Assembly (NCBI GenBank): GCA_046725875.1
Contig: JBKOZJ010000101.1
Coordinates: forward strand, 1 to 6,494
DNA: 6,494 bases
Source of the DNA: Actinomycetota bacterium
GTDB lineage: Bacteria > Actinomycetota > Actinomycetes > JAKEEW01
Direction of reading: 5' to 3'
Every line of letters starts with the position of its first letter. Position 1 is the first letter of the stretch. Made by a program: the position numbers and the translations under genes. The notes under the pieces are model-generated. The model worked only from the letters and a program-made list of their open reading frames with translations. It ran no database searches and had not been told where the DNA came from. This document shows positions 1 through 6,297 of the stretch, one piece after another.

Positions 1-287
1 ATGTTGCCGATCTCCGCCGAATGCGCCTTGTAGTCCTGCACGTCCACCGTGTAGATCGTCACCCGGGTGAGGTGCTCAGGTCCACCGCCGGCGTCGGCCA
101 GCGCAGCGAGCAGGTTGCCGAGCGCTATCTCGAACTGGCCCACGATCCCGTCGGCACTGATCTTGCCGTCGGCGTCAAGGGCGGTTTGGCCGGCGAGGAA
201 GACCAGCCGGCTGCCGGTTGCGCTGACGGCGTGGCTGTAGCCGGACGGCCTAGCCAACCCGGTCGGGTTATGCCGGTTGAGCGACAT
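1..287 (-). CDS. Rid family (YjgF/YER057c/UK114) protein, 5' part; runs off the left edge
   Basis: Hand translation from ATG at 287: MSLNRHNPTGLARPSGYSHAVSATGSRLVFLAGQTALDADGKISADGIVGQFEIALGNLLAALADAGGGPEHLTRVTIYTVDVQDYKAHSAEIGN... It shows the P-x-GYSHAV, vFlaGQ, Q-x4-l-N-l and v-t-iY-x-xD patterns of the Rid fold. Purine-rich GGGGGAAG lies just upstream and GC3 is high. Confidence 0.9.
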   Translation of the reverse strand, partial: MSLNRHNPTGLARPSGYSHAVSATGSRLVFLAGQTALDADGKISADGIVGQFEIALGNLLAALADAGGGPEHLTRVTIYTVDVQDYKAHSAEIGN

Positions 288-308
288 CACAGCTTCCCCC
301 CATTTCGC

Positions 309-388
309 ATGAATGTGCCATTCGCTCGAAACCCTCCAGAATGAACGGCACTTTCGCTCGAACCTATCGAGCCAACGGCACATTCATC
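309..388. repeat. REP/BIME-like mosaic element, copy 1: three 15-bp quasi-palindromic cores
   Basis: Cores TGAATGTGCCATTCG (310-324), TGAACGGCACTTTCG (342-356) and CCAACGGCACATTCA (372-386), with linkers of 17 and 15 nt. 309-322 and 374-387 are inverted repeats (13/14). 367-388 matches 3665-3686 at 21/22. Confidence 0.85.
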
Positions 389-395
389 TCGGCGA

Positions 396-1157
396 TCATG
401 ACATGACGGCGCCGCCGTCGACGTTGATGCCCTGGCCGGTGATCGAGCCAGTGTCGTCGTCGACCAGGAGACGGACGGCCCGCGCGACCTCGTCGACGGT
501 GATGAGGCGGCCGATCGGCTGCATCTTCTCCAGCCGCTGCCGCGCCTGCTCGGCGGTCATCCCGGTCGCCTGCATGATCGCATCGACCGTCCCGTCCGTC
601 ATCACCGTGTCGACGTAGGCGGGGCAGACCGCATTGGCTGTGACGCCGGTCCGGGCGAGCTCGGCGGCGATCGATCGGACCAGTCCCAACAGGCCGTGCT
701 TTGAGGCGGCGTACGCAGCCGTATAAGGGGCTCCGGCCTTCGACAGGACCGAGCCGATGGCGATGATCCGACCGTAGCCGCGCTCCGTCATGGCCGGCAC
801 CGCGCGCCGGATGCAGCGGAACGGCGCGGTCAGATTGATCGCGAGGGTGGCGTCCCACAGCTCATCGGTCGTCCGCTGGATGGGAGCACCGGTCGCCGCT
901 CCCGCGTTGGCTACGAGTATCTCGACCGGACCGAACGCGGCCTCGACCTCCCCGTACACCATCTCGACCGCGTCAGGGTCGGTCAGGTCCGCCGGAAGGA
1001 CGAGCGCCGGCCCGGGAAGCTCGTTGGCCGTCTCCTCGAGCTGGTCCCTGCTCCGCGCTACGAGCGCGACCCGGTGCCCGATCTTGGAGAGGTCGGCGGC
1101 CACGCCACGGCCGATTCCCCGGCCCGCGCCCGTCACCAAGCACACCCGTTCGACCAC
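396..1157 (-). CDS. Classical short-chain dehydrogenase/reductase (SDR), 3-oxoacyl/3-hydroxyacyl-CoA dehydrogenase-like, 253 aa
   Basis: TGAGRGIG Rossmann motif, NAG, catalytic S...YAASK, NAVCP and C-terminal ITGQGINVDGG. GTG start with a GGGAGG RBS a few nt upstream. Confidence 0.95.
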   Translation of the reverse strand: MVERVCLVTGAGRGIGRGVAADLSKIGHRVALVARSRDQLEETANELPGPALVLPADLTDPDAVEMVYGEVEAAFGPVEILVANAGAATGAPIQRTTDELWDATLAINLTAPFRCIRRAVPAMTERGYGRIIAIGSVLSKAGAPYTAAYAASKHGLLGLVRSIAAELARTGVTANAVCPAYVDTVMTDGTVDAIMQATGMTAEQARQRLEKMQPIGRLITVDEVARAVRLLVDDDTGSITGQGINVDGGAVMS

Positions 1158-1220
1158 GGCATCCCTCCCGCGGCTGGACCACCAGCGTCGCGAAGCGCTG
1201 TGTAACAGGTCTTGGAGCGC

Positions 1221-1604
1221 CTAGATCGGCGCCCCTTGCCCACAATTGCAGCCCTCGATCACGGCAATCAAGGCGCCCAGATACGACGGATCGCAGTGCT
1301 CGGCCTTGGAAACGATCAGGCCGTGTGCCAGGACCGCGAGATTACGGCGAAACGGAATCATGCAGTGTGCCGAAACCATGACGAATCCGCGCTCCGAGTC
1401 CAGGTCTTCGCACATTGCATGCTCACGACTGCTCGAATTTTCCGGGCCGGCGCACTCCGCCTGATCATCTACTCCACTGCGAGCCCAGACCAAGATCGCC
1501 AAGAGCCCCAGCGGGATGAGCAGCACGAGCCACGTGCGCCGGCGGCGGCACCACCGACTCGCAGGTGAGCCGGTGGCGACACCGCCCGACTGGCGGGTGG
1601 GCAA
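1221..1604 (-). CDS. Hypothetical membrane-anchored or secreted Cys-rich protein, about 127 aa (start uncertain, TTG at 1604)
   Basis: The 3' part of track ORF 1221..1994 fills the SDR-thiolase gap. It has a basic RRRR followed by hydrophobic WLVLLIPLGLLAILVW, then six Cys ending in GCNC. Hand-counted GC3 is about 75% although local GC is about 57% (1321-1440). No clear RBS. Confidence 0.55.
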   Translation of the reverse strand: MPTRQSGGVATGSPASRWCRRRRTWLVLLIPLGLLAILVWARSGVDDQAECAGPENSSSREHAMCEDLDSERGFVMVSAHCMIPFRRNLAVLAHGLIVSKAEHCDPSYLGALIAVIEGCNCGQGAPI

Positions 1605-1626
1605 GAGGGCCGCGAGGATAACGACT

Positions 1627-2811
1627 ATGGATACACCGATGGACGCCTGGCTGATCGCTGCGATCCGCACCCCGTTCGGCCGGCATCGCGGCGGGCTCTC
1701 TGGCGTACGGGTCGACGACCTGGCGGCGCTGCCGATCGCCGAGCTGCTCAAGCGGCTACCCTCCCTGGACCCGGCCCGGATCGATGACGTGGTCTTGGGC
1801 GACACGAACGGCGCCGGCGAGGACAACCGCAACGTCGCGCGGATGGCCGCCCTGCTCGCGGGGCTGCCGGTGACCGTGCCCGGCACGACGGTCAACCGGC
1901 TCTGTGGCTCCGGCGGCGAGGCGATGGTAGGTGCTGCCCGCGCGCTGACGCTTGGCGATGCGCAGCTGATCGTTGCCGGTGGGGTGGAGGGCATGTCGCG
2001 GGCACCGTTCGTACTGCCTAAGCCGGACGATGCGCTGCCGCGGCAGATGACGCTCCATCAGACGACCGTTGGCTGGCGGATGGTCAACCCGCGCTTTCCG
2101 GAGACCTGGACGCGGTCGCTCGGTGAATGCGCCGAGCAGGTGGCTCGGGAGTACGGCATCGGGCGGACCGAGCAAGACGAGTGGGCGGTACGGTCCCACA
2201 GCCGGGCCGCGGCGGCCTGGGACGCCGGGCTCCATGACGACTACGTCCTCGAAGTGGAGGGCGTGAAGCGGGACGAGTCCGTCCGGTCGGACACGAACAC
2301 CACGACCCTGGGGACGCTGCGCCCAGCCTTCACGACGGACGGCGAGGTCACCGCGGGCAACTCGGCACCGATCAACGACGGCGCCATCGCCGTGCTGATG
2401 GGTACCGAGACGGCCGCGGCCGAGCTCGATGTCGAGCCGTTCGGCCGGGTGATCGCGAGTGCGGTCAGCGCATTGGAGCCCGACCGCTTCGCCCTCGCGC
2501 CCGTGACCGCGGTCGCTCGTGCACTCGGGCGAGCCGGCAAGACCCTCGACGACATGGCGGTCGTCGAGATCAACGAGGCGTTTGCCGCGATGGTGCTCTC
2601 CTGCTTGCACGACATGCCCGACCTCGACGGCACCCGGGACCGGGTAAATCCGAACGGTGGCGCGCTCGCCTATGGCCATCCGCTGGGAGCGTCCATGCCC
2701 CGGGTCGTCGTCGACCTCTGCCGGGAGTTGCGCCGCCGTGGCGGCGGCGTCGGCGTCGCCGCCTGCTGCATCGGCGTCGGTCAGGGTCTCGCAGTCGTCT
2801 GCGAGGTGTGA
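1627..2811 (+). CDS. Thiolase (acetyl-CoA C-acyltransferase), PcaF/PaaJ-like beta-ketoadipyl-CoA thiolase clade, 394 aa
   Basis: RTPFG, AGEDNRNVARMA (PcaF/PaaJ signature), catalytic NRLCGSG, NEAF, GHPLGAS and CIGVGQG. Start placed at ATG 1627, 8 nt after GAGGA (1614-1618), rather than the track's 1516; ATG 1639 is an alternative. Confidence 0.95.
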   Translation: MDTPMDAWLIAAIRTPFGRHRGGLSGVRVDDLAALPIAELLKRLPSLDPARIDDVVLGDTNGAGEDNRNVARMAALLAGLPVTVPGTTVNRLCGSGGEAMVGAARALTLGDAQLIVAGGVEGMSRAPFVLPKPDDALPRQMTLHQTTVGWRMVNPRFPETWTRSLGECAEQVAREYGIGRTEQDEWAVRSHSRAAAAWDAGLHDDYVLEVEGVKRDESVRSDTNTTTLGTLRPAFTTDGEVTAGNSAPINDGAIAVLMGTETAAAELDVEPFGRVIASAVSALEPDRFALAPVTAVARALGRAGKTLDDMAVVEINEAFAAMVLSCLHDMPDLDGTRDRVNPNGGALAYGHPLGASMPRVVVDLCRELRRRGGGVGVAACCIGVGQGLAVVCEV

Positions 2812-3617
2812 CGATGGGCGGACCGACCGACTCCTACAAGGACATCACTTACCAGGTCGAGGGCGGTGGCGTCGCGGTCATCACAATCAACCGGCCGGAG
2901 CGGATGAACGCCTTCCGCGGACGGACTGTGGATGAGCTCATCCACGCCTTCAAAACCGCCTGGTCATCGGATGATGTAGCAGCCGTGGTGCTGACCGGTG
3001 CCGGCGACAAGGCATTCTGCGCCGGGGGCGATGTGAAGGAACGTGCCCAGACCGGCGGCTACGGCGAGACCGAGTGGGGCACGTTCGAAATCGAGCGGCT
3101 GCACCGCATCATTCGGGACATACCGAAGCCGGTCATCGCCGCCGTCAACGGGGTGGCCGTCGGCGGTGGGCACGTACTCCATGTCCTGTGTGACCTCTCG
3201 ATCGCGGCGGCACATGCCACGTTCGGGCAGAGTGGGCCGCGGGTCGGGTCGTTCGACGCCGGGTTCGGCTCCGCTTACCTCGCCCGGGTTGTGGGCGAGA
3301 AGCGTGCTCGGCAGATCTGGTTCCTGCTCGATTTGTACGACGCGGAGACCGCCGAGCGGTGGGGTCTTGTAAACGCTGTCGTGCCCGCCGAAGCCCTGCT
3401 GCCGATGGCTCTCGAATGGGGTCGGAAGATCGCTGCGTATTCGCCGACGGCGCTGCGGTTCCTCAAGCACTCGTTCAACGCGGACACCGAGAACATCGGC
3501 GGACTCTCGCATCTCGCGTTCGACGGTCTCGAGCTGTTCCAGCACAGCGAGGAGGGCATGGAAGGGGCGCGCGCCTTTGCCGAGAAGCGCCCGCCCGACT
3601 TCCGCCGCTTCCGCTAA
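2808..3617 (+). CDS. Crotonase-superfamily protein of the MenB/BadI clade; probably a cyclic beta-ketoacyl-CoA ring-opening hydrolase rather than true MenB
   Basis: INRPERMNAF, AFCAGGD, GGGHVLHVLCD, FGQSGPRVGSFDAGFG, ARVVGEKRARQIWF and SFNADT. Coupled to the thiolase by a GTGA overlap at 2808-2811, or by ATG 2814 after GAGGTG. Confidence 0.9.
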   Translation: MTMGGPTDSYKDITYQVEGGGVAVITINRPERMNAFRGRTVDELIHAFKTAWSSDDVAAVVLTGAGDKAFCAGGDVKERAQTGGYGETEWGTFEIERLHRIIRDIPKPVIAAVNGVAVGGGHVLHVLCDLSIAAAHATFGQSGPRVGSFDAGFGSAYLARVVGEKRARQIWFLLDLYDAETAERWGLVNAVVPAEALLPMALEWGRKIAAYSPTALRFLKHSFNADTENIGGLSHLAFDGLELFQHSEEGMEGARAFAEKRPPDFRRFR

Positions 3618-3636
3618 CACCAACGCTCACGCCAAC

Positions 3637-3687
3637 GGATGAATGTGCCGTTCAGTCGATAGGTTCGAGTCAACGGCACATTCATCC
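3637..3687. terminator. Long stem-loop, possible bidirectional terminator or 3'-end protector
   Basis: Perfect 16-bp inverted repeat GGATGAATGTGCCGTT (3637-3652) / AACGGCACATTCATCC (3672-3687) with a 19-nt loop, between the stops at 3617 (+) and 3728 (-). No U-tract. Confidence 0.4.
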
Positions 3688-3716
3688 CAGTCGGATTCGA
3701 GTGAATGTGCCGTTCG
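3637..3716. repeat. REP/BIME-like mosaic element, copy 2, between convergent genes
   Basis: Cores TGAATGTGCCGTTCA (3640-3654), TCAACGGCACATTCA (3670-3684) and TGAATGTGCCGTTCG (3702-3716), with linkers of 15 and 17 nt. 3656-3669 TCGATAGGTTCGAG is the exact reverse complement of 357-370. Confidence 0.88.
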
Positions 3717-3727
3717 AGCGCAACCGA

Positions 3728-5374
3728 CTAGTGACCCCGGAAGGCCTCCTCGAGCCACCACGCCCCGCGGTTCGAAGTCACCTTCGCGTCTAGCACGATC
3801 GGTCGGTCGCGGGGACCGTCGAGCCACTCGGCTAGCGCATGCAAGTCCGCAGTCTTACGCACGGTCGACGCCGCACAGCCGAAACCACGCCCGATCCCGG
3901 CGATGTCGGTCCCTGGAAAGGTAACGGTACTGAGCGGATGCCGGTCGGGGCCGAAGTGATGGACCTCCGCGCCGTACGCCTCATCGTTATAGATGACCAC
4001 GACGAGCGGCAGGCCCAAGCGCACCGCGGTCTCCAGCTCGGCAATGCTCATGAGCGCGCCGCCGTCGCCGAGGGCGGCGACGGGCAAGCGGTCCGGCCGA
4101 CCAAGTGCGGCACCGATCGCGGTGGCCAGGCCGAGCCCAATCGATTGGAAGGCTTGCGTGAAGCAGAAGCCATCGTCATCGGGAACCGAGAGATACATGC
4201 TCGGGAAGCCCATGAAATTGCCCGAATCGACGGACACGGTCCGCTCGGCCGGCAGCAGGTCGTCGACGGCGATGGAGAGCGTCCGAGGATCGATGCGGCT
4301 CCCATCCGACTCGTCCTCGTACGGCACGTCCCGCCATCTGACCTCCCGCGCGATCCGATCGGCCAATGCCCCGTCACGGTATCCAGGCGCGCGGTAGGCA
4401 TCCCCAGCAAGCGCAGCCTCCACCGCCACTGCCGCCTCGGCCACATCACCAAGGACGCCGAGGTGGATCGGGCGATTTGCACCCAGTGCGTCGGGATCGA
4501 GGTCGACCTGGACAACCACTGTATCGGGGCCGACCAGTACGCCATGCCGCATAGTCCACATATTGAGCGAACAGCCCCAGCCGACGACGAGGTCTGCCCC
4601 GGCGATGAGTTCCGCGGCCAGCGGCGATGCGAAGCCGCCGGAAACGTCGAGATACCAGGGGTTCCCGTTGAACAGCCCCTTCGCCACGGCGCTGGTCGCA
4701 AGCAGAGCGCCGACCCGGTCCGCAAGAGCTTCGAGCTGCGGCCGCGCCCGTGCCACCCGAGCACCACGCCCGGCGATGAAGACGGGCGCATTTGAACGCC
4801 TAAGCAGGTCGGCAAACTCGCTCACCGTCGTGGGCGACGGGCTTGGCGGATGTACGGATGACAGCGCGGGCACCGTCGGATCGGGACAATCCGCGGCCTG
4901 TACATCCAACGGCATCGACAGCACCACCGTGCGGCGTTCGACGATTGCCCGCTGGACCGCACGGATGGTGTCGGCAATCGCGCTTGCCGGCGAGTGCAGA
5001 CGCTCGGGCGTCGCACCAACCGCGGTGGCCAGCGCATCCTGCTCAACGCGGAAGTTACTCCTAACGGCGGCACCGGCAGTATCGGCCGCGAGCACCAAAA
5101 GGGGCGTACGGCTCTTTGCCGCCTCGGTGATGCCGGTCATCGCATTCGTCAGTCCGGGTCCCTGATGGACGGTAACCGCGGCAACCTCGCGGCTCACCCG
5201 AGCGTAGGCGTCTGCCATCGTCGCGGCGCCGCCCTCGTGTCTCGCCGCGACGAACCGCGCGCCCGCGTCGATCAGGGCGTTGGTGACGTGGAAGTTGCCG
5301 CTGCCCACGACGCCGAATACCTGGCGTACTCCCAAGTGAGCCAACGCACGGCCCACAGCCCCGGCGACGTTCAT
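3728..5374 (-). CDS. Thiamine diphosphate-dependent enzyme (acetolactate synthase/pyruvate oxidase/2-oxoacid decarboxylase superfamily), 548 aa
   Basis: ARHEGGA (cofactor-activating Glu), GPGLTN, a middle domain with GRGA and VQVDLDP, and the ThDP/Mg motif GDGGALMS...VVIYND. Starts 11 nt after the cyclase stop. Confidence 0.95.
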   Translation of the reverse strand: MNVAGAVGRALAHLGVRQVFGVVGSGNFHVTNALIDAGARFVAARHEGGAATMADAYARVSREVAAVTVHQGPGLTNAMTGITEAAKSRTPLLVLAADTAGAAVRSNFRVEQDALATAVGATPERLHSPASAIADTIRAVQRAIVERRTVVLSMPLDVQAADCPDPTVPALSSVHPPSPSPTTVSEFADLLRRSNAPVFIAGRGARVARARPQLEALADRVGALLATSAVAKGLFNGNPWYLDVSGGFASPLAAELIAGADLVVGWGCSLNMWTMRHGVLVGPDTVVVQVDLDPDALGANRPIHLGVLGDVAEAAVAVEAALAGDAYRAPGYRDGALADRIAREVRWRDVPYEDESDGSRIDPRTLSIAVDDLLPAERTVSVDSGNFMGFPSMYLSVPDDDGFCFTQAFQSIGLGLATAIGAALGRPDRLPVAALGDGGALMSIAELETAVRLGLPLVVVIYNDEAYGAEVHHFGPDRHPLSTVTFPGTDIAGIGRGFGCAASTVRKTADLHALAEWLDGPRDRPIVLDAKVTSNRGAWWLEEAFRGH

Positions 5375-5385
5375 GGTCTGCTCGG

Positions 5386-6162
5386 TTAAGAACGCTCGAC
5401 GAGTGCGAGCACACGAGCCGGGCTACCGGATCCGCGGACGATCGGCAACGGGCCGGTCAGGACGACGGCACCGATCGGCGGCAGGGTCGCGAGGTTCTGC
5501 AGTTGCGTGAGCCCGTACTTCCCCGCGCCGAGCAGGAACGAGTGGCACGGGAACGGTGGCTCGAACGAATGTGCGGCCCCGGCGTCGGTCCCGACCGTCT
5601 CGACGCCAACGCCGATGATCGGGGCTTCGCCAGCGAGCCAGCGGGCGCACTCGACCGTGATCCCCGGCGTGTGCGGGCCGGTCTCATTCGCGTTTAGGAA
5701 GCTCTGCTGGTCGGTGGAGCGCTCGTCCCAGCCGGTGCGATAAAGCAGCCATGAGCCCTCGGGCAAGGCGCCGTGCTGCTTCTCCCAGTCCCGGACGTGG
5801 TCGACCTCGAGCAGGAAGTCGGGGTCGGCCGCCGCTTCCGGAGTCTTGTCGATGACCACGGCCGGTGCGATGAGGTGGCGAAGGGCGATCTGCGAAATGT
5901 CCGACTTGTCCTGGCCGGTTACCCAATGGATCGGCGCATCCACGTGGGTGCCTGTGTGCTCGCCGCCCGAGAAGTTGTTCCAGTACCACGCCGGTCCGCG
6001 CTCGTCGTAGTGGCTGATCTCCTCCCGGGAGAACGGAATCGTGTTGCCAAAGGGTGGAGGCAGCTGGATGATCGGCGTCTCCTCAGACAGCGGAGCCGTC
6101 AGATCGACGATCTCGATCGAGCCGTTCCCGATTCCCGCTAGCAGATCGCCGAGCACCGCCAC
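5386..6162 (-). CDS. Cyclase-family (kynurenine formamidase fold) metal-dependent amidohydrolase, isatin hydrolase-like, 258 aa
   Basis: Metal motif EHTGTHVDAPIHW, plus VDLT, LLYRTGW, TPG, GVETVGTDAG and GSGSPARVLA. The segment LPPPFG...EEISHYDERGPAWYWNN resembles isatin hydrolases as I recall them. Start moved to GTG 6162, with GGAGG (6170-6174) 7 nt upstream. Confidence 0.92.
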   Translation of the reverse strand: MAVLGDLLAGIGNGSIEIVDLTAPLSEETPIIQLPPPFGNTIPFSREEISHYDERGPAWYWNNFSGGEHTGTHVDAPIHWVTGQDKSDISQIALRHLIAPAVVIDKTPEAAADPDFLLEVDHVRDWEKQHGALPEGSWLLYRTGWDERSTDQQSFLNANETGPHTPGITVECARWLAGEAPIIGVGVETVGTDAGAAHSFEPPFPCHSFLLGAGKYGLTQLQNLATLPPIGAVVLTGPLPIVRGSGSPARVLALVERS

Positions 6163-6225
6163 AGCGCCACCTCCAAGAGCCGACCACGGATCGCAACCGC
6201 GACAGTCATGCCACATCCGCGGCGG

Positions 6226-6254
6226 ACACTATGCCTGTACATACCACCCGTCAA
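6226..6254 (-). promoter_or_regulatory. Housekeeping sigma70 (SigA/HrdB-type) promoter for the cyclase-ThDP operon
   Basis: Minus strand reads TTGACG (6254-6249), 17-nt spacer, TAGTGT (6231-6226; TANNNT). It implies a leader of roughly 55-60 nt that contains the GGAGG RBS. Confidence 0.7.
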
Positions 6255-6297
6255 CGTGGGGTCTGCCGTGCCAATGCGCCGGTGCGGCCGGCACAAA

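Noticed and set aside
309..388. Mini CRISPR array (also 3637-3716)
   Set aside because: Repeats are 15 bp and in mixed orientation, linkers are 15-17 nt and conserved between loci, and there are no cas genes or leader.
313..395. Shared peptides (NVPF, QRHIH) in short ORFs here and near 3640-3720
   Set aside because: These are translations of the DNA repeat, not a protein family.
1183..1207. CAGCG/CGCTG hairpin and TGTAACA dyad upstream of the SDR as a regulatory site
   Set aside because: Too short to distinguish from chance in GC-rich DNA, and no second copy was found.
1516..1626. N-terminal extension of the thiolase with RRRR, resembling a Tat signal
   Set aside because: No hydrophobic stretch follows, thiolase homology begins near MDAWLI, and the region is better explained by the opposite-strand ORF.
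1756..2679. Long overlapping or antisense ORFs (e.g. 1756..2679, 2964..3623, 3839..4795, 21..344, 6229..6435)
   Set aside because: Typical stop-poor shadow frames of high-GC genes, with no recognisable motifs.
309..3716. Composite transposon or invertible segment bounded by the two repeat copies
   Set aside because: No transposase or recombinase in the window, no evident target-site duplication, and the copies are not collinear terminal repeats.
3728..5374. Calling the ThDP gene ilvB or mdlC
   Set aside because: No regulatory subunit or ilv context, and the N-terminal motif differs from MdlC; only the superfamily is supported.
6163..6216. Cys-containing N-terminal extension of the cyclase (MWHDCRGCD...)
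   Set aside because: GTG 6162 has a well-spaced GGAGG and matches where family similarity begins; the extension is most likely the 5' UTR.
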